Part shown: piece after piece, positions 14,274 through 24,075 of the stretch | Position numbering within the stretch: position 1 is the first letter of the stretch | How the letters are laid out: each line of letters opens with the position of its first letter | Source: a virus | Lineage: Duplodnaviria; Caudoviricetes | Reading direction: 5' to 3' (one strand) | Virus record (IMG/VR): IMGVR_UViG_3300033067_000076 | Span: 1 to 25,139 of that record | Length of the DNA: 25,139 bases | Program-made: the position numbers and the translations under genes | The notes under the pieces: generated by a model | Told to the model about the DNA's origin: nothing | Seen by the model: the letters and a program-made list of their open reading frames with translations, nothing else | Databases searched by the model: none

Positions 14274-14717
14274 TTATTTACCCTCTAAAGCCTGCGCTTT
14301 AAGTTTGTTGCTTGAATCAAACAATGCCAGTTCATCTGGCTCAATCAATTCTTTTTCAATTTTGTCCAAATTGATTTTGTTGGTTTTATGAAAAGTGATG
14401 CCAATTGCATCTGTAACAGCCAAAGTTACGCGCTTAGTTCCTGCTTTTGAAGCAATCACATCACCTTCATTCAACGTGACCATGCCTTTTTCTGACCAAG
14501 CAATAATTTGCCCCTTGGCACACAAAAAGAAATGGTCTTTTTTGTGAACTTTTCCAACAATCAATGTCCCTGCTGGCCTTGTCAATTTTCGACAGTACAT
14601 ACCACCAGAAAAATAATGTTCAGTCTGCAACTCGGCTTGAGGCATTTGCATCATTTCGTGTTGCAAACGCTCAATTTCCTCAAGCGTTGGAACGTTATTT
14701 TCAACAAGTTCTGTCAT
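14274..14717 (-). CDS. Cupin-like protein in the tail/ejection module (start MTELVENN)
   Basis: HYFSGGMYCR....PAGTLIVGKVHKKDHF.L..KG.I...GTKR.......IT.H beta-barrel pattern. Confidence 0.6.
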   Translation of the reverse strand: MTELVENNVPTLEEIERLQHEMMQMPQAELQTEHYFSGGMYCRKLTRPAGTLIVGKVHKKDHFFLCAKGQIIAWSEKGMVTLNEGDVIASKAGTKRVTLAVTDAIGITFHKTNKINLDKIEKELIEPDELALFDSSNKLKAQALEGK

Positions 14718-14718
14718 G

Positions 14719-14961
14719 TTACTGATTGTAATAGGGAACTTTAAAAGGTTGCCCATTTACAGTGATGTTTATGAAGCCAACAGGGTTAGCTGGCAACGTT
14801 GGACCGCCTGATTGCGTAGTTGCAGAATCAGACGATGAAAAGTTCAACAAGTTCAAAAAGAACTGCTGCCACGCCCTTGTTGGTCGCTTTGTCTGTCCGT
14901 CAAGGAACTCAGATTGCGGATAAGGGTTGACTTGTGGGGATGAATAAAGACCGCTTGACAT
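14719..14961 (-). CDS. Small virion protein following the nozzle (tail needle/plug position)
   Basis: P....FLD..T.RPTRAWQQFF and LPANPVGFI.ITVNG...KVPYY. Syntenic with P22 gp26. Confidence 0.55.
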   Translation of the reverse strand: MSSGLYSSPQVNPYPQSEFLDGQTKRPTRAWQQFFLNLLNFSSSDSATTQSGGPTLPANPVGFINITVNGQPFKVPYYNQ

Positions 14962-17168
14962 TAGTTATCCGCTCCACTTGCTTTAAGGTTTGCAGACACA
15001 ATCACAGCCTTAATTGGGTCTGTAATCGCCACTTCAAAGATTCGGTCACGCGCCATGCCCAATCTACGCCAAATGGCACGATTCTTGTATTGGCCTTGTT
15101 TACCAATGCCAACCCAATACTCACGCGACCAAGTAGAACCACCGTCATTTGACCAACGAAGCATGGCCTGTGGATTTACGTTAGCCGATGCAGTACCAGT
15201 TGAGCCAGCAACAGCCAAGCCAGCAATGGCGATACCAGCAATAGCAGAACTGTTTGCGGTGTTGGAAACGCCCGACAAACCCACGCCAGGCTGAAACTGA
15301 ATCTGCAATTCATCAAAATACTGACGTTGCAAGTCAGAAACCAAGTGTGGGCAACGGCGCAATCTGCGAATCTCGCCACCATCGTCTGTGTAGTTTTCTG
15401 TGTCCAACAGGTAAATCTTGCCGTTTTCCCAATCGCCAACGTAAACATTGCCTTGGAACGAAGCCGAGCAATTGGAACGATGGCGGTGATAAACGTTGTT
15501 TGAATCAACCCACAACCACTTGTGCCACATCGTTGTTGATGTGTCATAAGCCCATGTAAGGTCAATGCTTGGGAACGAAATCACATAGATTTCATGGCCT
15601 TCAAGCTGGTATGTGTAGGCAACGGCATCCGTAATGTCTTGGTTCAACAAGCTGTTTTCCACTGCATGAGTAGAAATGCGTGTTGGCGTGTAGCCGTTCA
15701 TCTGGACAATCATGCCCTGACCACGGTTGTTGCGTGACAAATAGGCAAACGAGTTACCCAATCGAGCCATTGAATACTCAGCGGCAATGCCGTGTTGGGT
15801 AGAAGTGCCAGGGATGCGCTGGAATGGAAACGGAAACGCACCCACATCAGTCCACACTTCCGAAGATTCTTCACCCAACAAGTAAACTTCACGATGGTCA
15901 ACAATCAAAGAAACAAGATTGTCAGGCGCACCGTCTTTGCTGGCAAAACTCAAGTTACCGCTAATTGGCGACAAAGTGTTTGTTGCGCCCCATTGCTGTG
16001 AATTAGGGCGGTTGTAAACAAAGTAATTGTCAACAATGTCAACTGTGTTTGCACCGCTAAATGCGCCATCTGTGCTTGGCATTTGGGTGAAGTTCAGCAA
16101 ATACATGGTCACTGAAGCCACATATTGATTTGAACTAACTGTGTAAGTACCTGTTGAGCCAGAACCTGTGCCAAATGCTTTGACGATAGTGCCTGACGTT
16201 ACGCCAACACCTTGAACGGCTTGACCAAGGTAAACCACGCCACTTGCCACGTTTGTAATGGTCATGGTGTCGTTTGCTACGGCATAAGTCAAACCAGTTG
16301 GTGTGCCAGCCGTTGTTACTACGCCAGAACCAGTTGCGGTTGTTGACAATGTGAATGTCGTTGTCCCGTTTGTGGCGATGATGTAGTAAGTGGTCGGGTT
16401 TGAATAGCCAGTAATCGAGCCTGTGCCACCATAAGTGCCACTGATTTTGACGGTCTGACCAACCACAAGGGTTTGACCAGCAGCAGTACAAGAAAACTGA
16501 CCAGCAGTTCCCGTAATAGTCACACCACTTAAAGTCTGACCAATTGAAGCCGTAACAGTAGCGCCAGCCTGAACACCGTTCATTCGTTGGCTTGTTACAG
16601 TCTGCGATTGATTGACCGTGTATGTTCCTGTACCACCTGAACCAGTACCTAAACCAGTAATGATAGTGTTTGGCAACATACCAACGCCGAAAATCTGTTG
16701 ACCGACACGAATAGTGCCTGACTGAACAGAAGAAACAGTTAATGTAGTGCTAGACACAGAACCAACAAAATTGGTCACTGGCAAGCTGTTAATGCGCCAT
16801 GTGTAGCGGTAAGCACCATCGACAATATATACGTTTATGCCATTATCGGAAATGCCAACACGACCTGACGTTGAATTCAAGAACCCAATCAAATAGTAAG
16901 AGCCTGTGGCGTTAATCGCATAAACATACGGCCCTGAAACAGCAATCATCAACTGACTGCCAGAAATGGTACGCATACCGCGCACTTCTTGTTCGGCAGG
17001 CAGTTGAACGAATTGTGTAAGGCCAGGCGTAGGGTAAAGCGCAACAATGCCACGCTCACCCGCTTGTTTCATCGGGTCAATTTCACCAAAAAAGTTAATC
17101 AGCTCTTGAGCATCTTGGTAGATGGATGGAGCTTCATAGCTTGGCCCGATAAAACCAAAATCTGCCAT
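14961..17168 (-). CDS. P22 gp10-like tail hub/nozzle (packaged-DNA stabilization protein) with inserted Thr/Gly-rich domains
   Basis: [57 protein letters not shown] and [14 protein letters not shown] motifs. Confidence 0.88.
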   Translation of the reverse strand: MADFGFIGPSYEAPSIYQDAQELINFFGEIDPMKQAGERGIVALYPTPGLTQFVQLPAEQEVRGMRTISGSQLMIAVSGPYVYAINATGSYYLIGFLNSTSGRVGISDNGINVYIVDGAYRYTWRINSLPVTNFVGSVSSTTLTVSSVQSGTIRVGQQIFGVGMLPNTIITGLGTGSGGTGTYTVNQSQTVTSQRMNGVQAGATVTASIGQTLSGVTITGTAGQFSCTAAGQTLVVGQTVKISGTYGGTGSITGYSNPTTYYIIATNGTTTFTLSTTATGSGVVTTAGTPTGLTYAVANDTMTITNVASGVVYLGQAVQGVGVTSGTIVKAFGTGSGSTGTYTVSSNQYVASVTMYLLNFTQMPSTDGAFSGANTVDIVDNYFVYNRPNSQQWGATNTLSPISGNLSFASKDGAPDNLVSLIVDHREVYLLGEESSEVWTDVGAFPFPFQRIPGTSTQHGIAAEYSMARLGNSFAYLSRNNRGQGMIVQMNGYTPTRISTHAVENSLLNQDITDAVAYTYQLEGHEIYVISFPSIDLTWAYDTSTTMWHKWLWVDSNNVYHRHRSNCSASFQGNVYVGDWENGKIYLLDTENYTDDGGEIRRLRRCPHLVSDLQRQYFDELQIQFQPGVGLSGVSNTANSSAIAGIAIAGLAVAGSTGTASANVNPQAMLRWSNDGGSTWSREYWVGIGKQGQYKNRAIWRRLGMARDRIFEVAITDPIKAVIVSANLKASGADN

Positions 17169-17171
17169 AGA

Positions 17172-17702
17172 TTACTCGTAAAGAATGTTGATTGAGCCAG
17201 CGTCAAAGGTGTCAGTGCCGTTAACTGTGGTGATGCGTACACGGTCAAGAGTTCCAGCCAAAGAAATTTGGCCAGAAGTTGCTACGGTTGCACCAGATGC
17301 AGTGTTGAGAAGACAGCCTTGAGAAACCCAAATGTTTGCAGATAGCAGTGAAAAGGTAATAGAGCCATAGCGCACAGAACCAGCACCTGCAACACCAGTA
17401 GGTTCCATGAAAAAGCCTGTTGAACCTGAAATGTATTGACCAGCGCTTGTTCCGTAGGATGCGACTGCGTTATATCCAGTTGTTGTTACAGAGCCTGAAC
17501 CAAGCTGAAGCTGTACGATACTTGAACCGTTTGTGCTCACACCTGTAAACATGACAGTAATACGTTTTACCCAAGAAGGGATAGACGTAAAGTCAATAGA
17601 AGTGCCAGATGTGCTTGCTACGGCTGTGCCAGCTTGGATGCCGTTATACACAGCACCTGAGTTTGTTGTGACCCCTGCGGAGCCGTTGATTACAACTGAC
17701 AT
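17172..17702 (-). CDS. Short tail-fibre/tip protein, paralog B (start MSVVING)
   Basis: AGTAVASTSGTSIDFTSIPSWVKRITVMF...LDRVRITTVNGTDTFDAGSINILYE, shared with 18169..18738. Confidence 0.7.
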   Translation of the reverse strand: MSVVINGSAGVTTNSGAVYNGIQAGTAVASTSGTSIDFTSIPSWVKRITVMFTGVSTNGSSIVQLQLGSGSVTTTGYNAVASYGTSAGQYISGSTGFFMEPTGVAGAGSVRYGSITFSLLSANIWVSQGCLLNTASGATVATSGQISLAGTLDRVRITTVNGTDTFDAGSINILYE

Positions 17703-17704
17703 AT

Positions 17705-17989
17705 TTACCCCACCATCCAAGATGTTCCGTTGTCATAAACTGGAACGGTTACAGCCCCACCGCCAACAACGGCAGACAAAGCAACAGGAGTTAAAGCGTT
17801 TGAAACAAAAGCACGACGACCAGCATTGCCAGCGGCAGGCAAAGTTGCGACTGTGTAAACTGGAAATTTCACACCAGTTGACAAAATAGACAACATTGTT
17901 GTGCCATTGCTTTGCAGTTCTAGCGTTCCACTGGTGTCTGCCGTCTGGACTAAACCAGACGATGTTGATGCGTTAATAAGAACAGACAT
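17705..17989 (-). CDS. Short fibre-like virion protein
   Basis: ADTSGTLELQSNGTT and YTVATLPAA...GRRAFVSNA...GGGA..VPVY.NGT.W.VG. Confidence 0.65.
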   Translation of the reverse strand: MSVLINASTSSGLVQTADTSGTLELQSNGTTMLSILSTGVKFPVYTVATLPAAGNAGRRAFVSNALTPVALSAVVGGGAVTVPVYDNGTSWMVG

Positions 17990-17991
17990 GG

Positions 17992-18159
17992 TTATTGACC
18001 TTCTGTTGGGGCTTCTTGCGCAGCTTGTTCAGCGGCAGCAGCTTCTGCGGCTTGTTGAGCCAACGAAGCGTTGTATGCTTCCAACTCAGCGCCTTGTAGT
18101 TCAACTTGTGTAGTTTGACCAGTTGCCAAATCAACGATGATGCGTGTAGGTGTTGTCAT
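17992..18159 (-). CDS. Putative tail-fibre assembly/chaperone-like protein, 55 aa (not in ORF track)
   Basis: MTTPTRIIVDLATGQTTQVELQGAELEAYNASLAQQAAEAAAAEQAAQEAPTEGQ*. TAAGGA RBS. Follows a fibre gene. Confidence 0.65.
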   Translation of the reverse strand: MTTPTRIIVDLATGQTTQVELQGAELEAYNASLAQQAAEAAAAEQAAQEAPTEGQ

Positions 18160-18168
18160 GGTGTTTCC

Positions 18169-18738
18169 TTATTCGTAGAGGATGTTAATAGAGCCAGCGT
18201 CGAAGGTGTCTGTACCGTTGACGGTGGTGATGCGGATGCGGTCTAGTGTGCCACCAAGAGATATGTTCCCACCACCAACTAAACTTGCTGGTTCACTTGA
18301 TGAAGCACTAAGTTGTGATGCCCATAGATTAGAGCCTAAAGTATTTAAGATGACACTACCACTAATAGAGACACCTGCGTTATTTGGGTTAATGCCAAAT
18401 CCTGTTGTATATGAAGATGTTGAAACACCTGTTCCCAAACGTGACGATGCTGACACATAACCAGATGATGTAACACTACCAGCGCCAAGCTGAACAAGAA
18501 GGTTTGATGTGCCGTTTGTACTTACACCAGCAAACATCACGGTAATACGCTTGACCCACGATGGAATTGAAGTGAAATCAATTGAAGTGCCTGACGTAGA
18601 TGCAACAGCAGTGCCAGCAGTAAATGGGAAATGCGTACCAGTGGCAGAGCCAATGGTTGCGGTGAATGTGCCAGCTACGGCAGGAACAGTAATCGTGCCT
18701 GAACCCGATGTGTCGCCAGTAAGAACTAAAGAGCCCAT
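18169..18738 (-). CDS. Short tail-fibre/tip protein, paralog A
   Basis: N-terminal GDTSGS.TIT.PAVAG. C-terminal domain paralogous to 17172..17702. Confidence 0.7.
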   Translation of the reverse strand: MGSLVLTGDTSGSGTITVPAVAGTFTATIGSATGTHFPFTAGTAVASTSGTSIDFTSIPSWVKRITVMFAGVSTNGTSNLLVQLGAGSVTSSGYVSASSRLGTGVSTSSYTTGFGINPNNAGVSISGSVILNTLGSNLWASQLSASSSEPASLVGGGNISLGGTLDRIRITTVNGTDTFDAGSINILYE

Positions 18739-18747
18739 ATTATTTCC

Positions 18748-19203
18748 TTACAGAATGACCCAACGGCTACCGTCAGGGATTGTCACGGCTTTACCGCTTG
18801 CAATTGTGATTGGACCAACGCTGTTTGCGCTACGACCTGTGGTGATAGTGTAATCGGCAGTAATTGTCATGTTGTTTTCAAACAAACAGTTATTTGCACC
18901 CATGTAAGCCGCTGTTGACTGACTTGTGCCATCAGCAAAATTAATGCTACCGCCAACATCCAAATTGCCAGTGAGTGTTAAATCATTGGTAATGTCAATT
19001 GTGTTAGTAATTGTTAAGTTACCGATGCTGACGTTTTGACTTGCATCAATGTTGATTGCATCCAAACCACCTGTTTGAAGCGCCAAAGTAGCACCATTTA
19101 AGATGCCACTGATTGATTCACCATCATAAGTGCTGGCATTAACGTCATTGAGCCAATCTGCAGCAATTACGGTCTGGTTGTTAATAAACGTGGTCGATGC
19201 CAT
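18748..19203 (-). CDS. Short fibre/adaptor protein
   Basis: N-terminal ADWLNDVN anchor-like motif. C-terminal SVGPITIASGKAVTIPDGSRWVIL matches the end of the 899-aa fibre. Confidence 0.65.
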   Translation of the reverse strand: MASTTFINNQTVIAADWLNDVNASTYDGESISGILNGATLALQTGGLDAINIDASQNVSIGNLTITNTIDITNDLTLTGNLDVGGSINFADGTSQSTAAYMGANNCLFENNMTITADYTITTGRSANSVGPITIASGKAVTIPDGSRWVIL

Positions 19204-19212
19204 GTCAGTTCC

Positions 19213-20193
19213 TTAGATAAAGCCGCCAGTGAGAATCCAGCCAGCATCTTTTGCTTTGTTGACCAGAAGCGCATCAGGGTAACGAGCCACTTGCAATGGC
19301 GACATATTTGTTCGTTTCAATGTAGCTTTTGCCTGTGCAGCGTAAGCGTTAATCATTTGAATCTGAGTGCCGTTGACTTTGCCGTACATAGGCATCAAAC
19401 GCTCTGCCAAGCACCAACGCAACGCCATTGAATAGCCTTGTGGCAAGACTACATCTTCATAAAGAGTGCCGTAGCGCGTGAACAAGGTGTTTGCAAACAA
19501 GTGCATTTCACCTTGCGATGGGCTAGGCCAGACAAACAAGTTGCCTGATTCTTCATTTGGGTTGTAGTAAATCGCTTTAGGCCAAGGACCGTTGAGCGTT
19601 TTCAAGCCAATCATTTGATAGTCTTGCAAAGCCAACACGGAAATTGGATAGTCCAGACCACCGCTGTTGATTGGCTGACCGTTTGACGTTGTGTTGATAC
19701 GCACAAACGCAGAATCAATGCTCAAAGGCTTTTGATAGTTTGCTGTGATGGTCGTAGCAGCCACGTTTTGCGGGATGCTTACCTTGTATGTACCAGCTTC
19801 AATGACGTTACCGCCAGCGCCTGTGATTTCAAGGGTAATTCTTGTTCCAGCAATAATGCCGCCACCACTTAAAAGCTGACCTTGTGCCACAGCGCCTGAA
19901 TTGACGCTTGTAACAGTAAGAATGTCGCCAGTAATCGAGCCTTCAAATGAAGCGCCGATAAAGTTGGTTGTTTCTGGGTATGGGCCAAGGCTGTATTGGA
20001 CTTGTCCTTGAATGACAGGGAAAATGATTTCCGTGACGTTGAAAACCATCATGTTCTCGTTTGACCATTGGTCAACCAAGTCATTCATCATTTCAAAGGC
20101 ATCTTGCGCTGCTTCAGGCGTGGGTGTTTCACCAGCTTCCAACGCGCCAATGTCTTTCAATGCCCTCGAAATTATATCAATGGGTTTCGTCAT
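19213..20193 (-). CDS. P22 gp4-like head-tail adaptor with an inserted beta domain
   Basis: [11 protein letters not shown]....GETPT...AQDA...NDLVDQW and LPQGY..ALRW.LA.RL.P.YG patterns. Upstream of the gp10-like gene. Confidence 0.78.
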   Translation of the reverse strand: MTKPIDIISRALKDIGALEAGETPTPEAAQDAFEMMNDLVDQWSNENMMVFNVTEIIFPVIQGQVQYSLGPYPETTNFIGASFEGSITGDILTVTSVNSGAVAQGQLLSGGGIIAGTRITLEITGAGGNVIEAGTYKVSIPQNVAATTITANYQKPLSIDSAFVRINTTSNGQPINSGGLDYPISVLALQDYQMIGLKTLNGPWPKAIYYNPNEESGNLFVWPSPSQGEMHLFANTLFTRYGTLYEDVVLPQGYSMALRWCLAERLMPMYGKVNGTQIQMINAYAAQAKATLKRTNMSPLQVARYPDALLVNKAKDAGWILTGGFI

Positions 20194-20684
20194 TATTGAT
20201 TCCTTGCGTATGCGCCATGATACAAGTTTCTAGCCTCAATAGCGGCAAGTTCAGCCAATTCAAAATCTTTGAAATAGCCAATTTGTTTTGGTTTTTTGTT
20301 TACTTGGCAATTAACAACCCATTGCTGTCTTGTTTTTATCCATGCAACACCTCTAACGCCAGATGTGTTATTTTTTTGAATCTTTGAATTGCAATTGTTC
20401 TGCGAACGTGTTGCTGCTCTCAAATTTTCAATTTTGTTATTGCTTGGATTTCCATCAATGTGGTCAACAAAATCAGGCATGAAACCATTTTTGATGCAAA
20501 AAACTAGTCTGTGAACTAAGTAATTTGTTCCATCAATCCCAACATGGTAGTAGCCCTTGTCTTTGAGACTGCCAGCTTCTTGACCAACTTTAATTCTTTT
20601 TGCTTTAGAAATTTTCCAAAACAGTTTTCCATCACGATACTCAAACAGCTCGTCTAAATATTCTTTGGAAATTTGTTTTGTCAT
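20193..20684 (-). CDS. HNH-AP2 homing endonuclease
   Basis: HRLVF...[23 protein letters not shown], then [11 protein letters not shown]...W......IGYF...E.A..A AP2-like domain. Visibly AT-richer than its flanks. Confidence 0.9.
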   Translation of the reverse strand: MTKQISKEYLDELFEYRDGKLFWKISKAKRIKVGQEAGSLKDKGYYHVGIDGTNYLVHRLVFCIKNGFMPDFVDHIDGNPSNNKIENLRAATRSQNNCNSKIQKNNTSGVRGVAWIKTRQQWVVNCQVNKKPKQIGYFKDFELAELAAIEARNLYHGAYARNQ

Positions 20685-20992
20685 TTCATATCCAATGTGA
20701 ACACTTGTGGAACCCAGGGCGGCAAGACTTTCTCTGTCCTCAATGCTTCAAGCTGTTCCGTTAGCCTTGATTCTATGATATTTTTGCCGTATTGAATAGC
20801 CTCTTGCTTAATCCAGCCAACCACAATTTGTTCTGTGATTTGGTCAAAAGGCACAGACAAAACAGGGTCGCCAAACTTCCAATGGCCTTCTGTTTCCACA
20901 GACTTGCCTTCTTCAGACAAAGTAACGTGGTATTTTGCTTGTGTAATCAAACCATCTTTGGCTTGAATTTCAAGAATTTTCCATTCAAACAT
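20681..20992 (-). CDS. Hypothetical tail-fibre-associated protein
   Basis: FEWKI...VPFDQITEQIVVGWI...LPPW. Directly after the long fibre gene. Confidence 0.65.
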   Translation of the reverse strand: MFEWKILEIQAKDGLITQAKYHVTLSEEGKSVETEGHWKFGDPVLSVPFDQITEQIVVGWIKQEAIQYGKNIIESRLTEQLEALRTEKVLPPWVPQVFTLDMK

Positions 20993-21001
20993 GGCTTTCC
21001 T

Positions 21002-23701
21002 TTATAAAACAACCCAACGCGAACCGCTTGCCACAGTCACAGATTGCCCTGAAGCAACAGTAATTGGACCAGCAGACATGGCGCTTGAGCCGCTTGGAAT
21101 TGAGTAACTTGCAGCCACAGTTTGACTGTTAATCACAATTCCGTTGGTTGCATTGACCAAAGCACCTGTGACCGTACCGCTTGCGGTGAAGTTTGTGGAA
21201 CTTGTCGTTCCTGTGCTTGGGTTGTATTGCAGTTTTGTTGACGATACGTTTTCACCAGTAATTGAACCTGTTGTTGCGCTTGTAAACGTCAAGTAACGGG
21301 TTGAATTTGTGGTTGTGTCATCAGTAATCGTGATGCCAGTTGAAGGAGCAGCAGCCCAAGATGGCACACCAGCCGCCAAGGTCAAGATTTGACCGTTAGA
21401 GCCAGCCGCCAGCAAGGTTGTAGAGCCTGGACTTGCCTGATATGGCAAAGAACCAGCAGCACCGCCAGCAATGTTTGTTGCCGTGGTCGCACTCGTTGCT
21501 GTTGCCGCATTGCCACCAATTGAAAGACTTGAAGCCGTACCTGTCAAACCCGTACCAGCGCCAGAAAAGCTGGTTGACGTCAGAACGCCCGTAGACGGGT
21601 TAAATTTGTACTTGGTAGAGCTGACATACTCAGTTGATGCTGCGCCTGTTGTAGCGTCTGCAAACAACGGATAGCGCGTGGCATTGGTGGTTGTATCGTC
21701 AGAAATCGTAATGGCTGAAGCAGGCGTTGTCCAAGTAGGAGCGCCAGAACCATTTGAAGTCAAAACCTGACCTGTTGTTCCTACGCTACTAAATGCGTAA
21801 GCAGTACCAGTGCCATAGGGAACAGCACCAGCAGTAGGAGTAGCCGTTCCATTTGTACCGCCATTTGTAATTGCAACAGTTCCAATAATGTGTTGAACTT
21901 CAACAGATTTGTTTTGGATTGCAACCAATAACTTGCCATTTACGCCGTGGCTGTAAAGCACAACACCGACTTGAATGGAATAGTTTGGCGATGTGGGTTC
22001 TGTTGCCGTATATGCACCAGCAACAGACGCAGACAAGTAAACAGCATTTCCATCAGCAAATGCAGATGTGTCAAGACCGTTTACTGTGCCATTGATGGTC
22101 ACATAACCAAAACCATTGTTTGTAATGTCAGTGGTTGTAACGCCAATCACATCAGCTGTTGTGTATGACGTAGCAATTGCCTTAGTCACCAATGGCGTCT
22201 GACCTGTCGCACCGCTAATGTAAACAACCGTTCCGTTTGCAATGGTTGAACCTGTCTGATTTCTTACGCGAACAATCTGTTCTTGTCCGATATTGACGGA
22301 CATTTGCGAATTGTCGTTGTAATAGTTCAGCGTTTTAGCTGTTGAATCATAGAAAACACGGCCTTCTGTGTATGTTGGCGCAGTTGTTGGCGTGTAAGCT
22401 GTGTAGTCAGAAACCGTTGGGTTGTTCAGTGTTGCAGCAGTAGCCAAAGCCACCACAGTTCCTGTGCCAGTTGTACTGTAAGACGTTCCCCAAGCTGTGC
22501 CTGTTGAAAGTGGAATACCAGAAGCAGGGTAGACCATTGGCGCAGCATTAGAAATAGAAACAGCCGCAGAACCGTTGTAGGTTGCTGAAGATGCCGTAAT
22601 TCCAGAGCCAAACGTCAGGTTGTAAAGGTTTCCACCCAACGCAACACCAGAAATAGTGCTATTAGCCAGTTGAGCATTAGAAATCGTGCCACTCAAATCG
22701 GTTGTTGGGATGCTTGAAACGGCTGTCAATGCAGCAGTTCCAGTTCCTTTAACGTAACCTGTGAGTGTTGTTGCGCCTGTGCCACCGTAAGAAACATCAA
22801 TTGTTGATGCGTTCCATGTTCCAGCAGTCAAAGTGCCAACACCAGTAATGCCAGTGTAAGAACCAGACAATCGAGCAGAATCAATCGTGCCAGATGTAAT
22901 TTGAGTGCCAGCAATAGCAATGTCTTGGTCTGTCAGGCTGGTCAGTTGACCTTGAGCATTTACAGCAACCGTAACAGTCTTTGATGCAGAACCCTTTGTC
23001 GCAGCCGTAACGCCAGTATTTGTGATGCTGAACGTATTGGCGGCAAGCGTTAAGCCTGTGCCTGCAAAGTAAGTTCCAGCACCTGCAAATTGCACCCAAG
23101 GCATTGCAGTAACGTTAATTGTTCCAGTATCAGCAGCAACGCAAACCCAACCTGTATCTAAGTTAGTTGAGCCGTTTAAAGCGACTGTGTAAGCACCTGG
23201 CACTTCTGACCATACATCCATGTCGGTGGAACGTGTCCAAGCGCCAACAGATGCAATGTAAATGCCGTTCAAAGATGAAGTTGTTTGATTTTTAACCAAT
23301 ACACGGTCACCAGCCAAGGTGGTGTAAGTGTCAATGGTTTGTAGTCCAAGAAGGACAATATCAGTAGTTGTTGCACATTTAACGGCTTGCTTTGGAGCCA
23401 AACCTTGCGCAACAGAATCAACATACAACTTATTTGCAATATCTGTGTTACCACTTGGAGCCGTGGCAACTTGACCAGTTGTCGTTGAAACATTGGTAAA
23501 AACGCCCGTTGAAGGCGTAGTAGCGCCGATTGTTGTTGAATCAATCGTGCTGTTTGTGATGTGCAGACCTGATTGGTCTGGGTTCACAGTCGCATAAAAC
23601 GGCTGTCCCTGACCAATGAAGGTTTGAAATTCACCGTCAACATCAAAATACGCCTGAACAGGCAGTAAATTCTGGTCTTCGGTCTTGGCAGGGTCAGCCA
23701 T
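21002..23701 (-). CDS. Long Thr/Ser/Gly-rich tail fibre protein
   Basis: ANKLYVD, GDRVLVKNQT...NGIY, VNAQGQLTS, GGTGATT, and two internal repeats GQ.LT....P.W...DDTTTN.TRY..F...VSSTK...NPSTG. Confidence 0.85.
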   Translation of the reverse strand: MADPAKTEDQNLLPVQAYFDVDGEFQTFIGQGQPFYATVNPDQSGLHITNSTIDSTTIGATTPSTGVFTNVSTTTGQVATAPSGNTDIANKLYVDSVAQGLAPKQAVKCATTTDIVLLGLQTIDTYTTLAGDRVLVKNQTTSSLNGIYIASVGAWTRSTDMDVWSEVPGAYTVALNGSTNLDTGWVCVAADTGTINVTAMPWVQFAGAGTYFAGTGLTLAANTFSITNTGVTAATKGSASKTVTVAVNAQGQLTSLTDQDIAIAGTQITSGTIDSARLSGSYTGITGVGTLTAGTWNASTIDVSYGGTGATTLTGYVKGTGTAALTAVSSIPTTDLSGTISNAQLANSTISGVALGGNLYNLTFGSGITASSATYNGSAAVSISNAAPMVYPASGIPLSTGTAWGTSYSTTGTGTVVALATAATLNNPTVSDYTAYTPTTAPTYTEGRVFYDSTAKTLNYYNDNSQMSVNIGQEQIVRVRNQTGSTIANGTVVYISGATGQTPLVTKAIATSYTTADVIGVTTTDITNNGFGYVTINGTVNGLDTSAFADGNAVYLSASVAGAYTATEPTSPNYSIQVGVVLYSHGVNGKLLVAIQNKSVEVQHIIGTVAITNGGTNGTATPTAGAVPYGTGTAYAFSSVGTTGQVLTSNGSGAPTWTTPASAITISDDTTTNATRYPLFADATTGAASTEYVSSTKYKFNPSTGVLTSTSFSGAGTGLTGTASSLSIGGNAATATSATTATNIAGGAAGSLPYQASPGSTTLLAAGSNGQILTLAAGVPSWAAAPSTGITITDDTTTNSTRYLTFTSATTGSITGENVSSTKLQYNPSTGTTSSTNFTASGTVTGALVNATNGIVINSQTVAASYSIPSGSSAMSAGPITVASGQSVTVASGSRWVVL

Positions 23702-23710
23702 AAAACCCCC

Positions 23711-24046
23711 TTAGAAAGCGATTGGGGTAACGTAAACGATAGAAGGGCCAGCAGCAGAACCAATCATTCGCACATAAGTGGGAGTGGTAGGAACGCCAAA
23801 CATGATTGCATCATTCATTGAAGGTGGCAACACAAAGTCACCAGTTGTCGAGCCGCTGACTGGCAGCACAGGAGCGCCAACACCAGCAGGGCCAAACTTC
23901 ACTGCAACGCTGGTTGCGCCAGTGTTAATCAGGGAAACGAAGTTACATTGAATGTTGGGGTCGTTGTTGACCAAGCGTTCTGTGGTAGCGGTTGCGCCAG
24001 CAGATACTGCGACTGTTGGGCCGACTACACGAAAAGGAGTAGACAT
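23711..24046 (-). CDS. Small beta-rich virion protein
   Basis: 111 aa, INTGATSVAVKFG...IVYVTP. AAAGGA RBS. In the structural operon. Confidence 0.6.
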   Translation of the reverse strand: MSTPFRVVGPTVAVSAGATATTERLVNNDPNIQCNFVSLINTGATSVAVKFGPAGVGAPVLPVSGSTTGDFVLPPSMNDAIMFGVPTTPTYVRMIGSAAGPSIVYVTPIAF

Positions 24047-24075
24047 AGATGTTCCTTTGCAAAGATGGGCGGATT

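Noticed and set aside
17172-18738. Diversity-generating retroelement TR/VR pair or invertible shufflon
   Set aside because: Differences are not adenine-specific, both copies are intact genes in the same orientation, and no reverse transcriptase or invertase is in the window.
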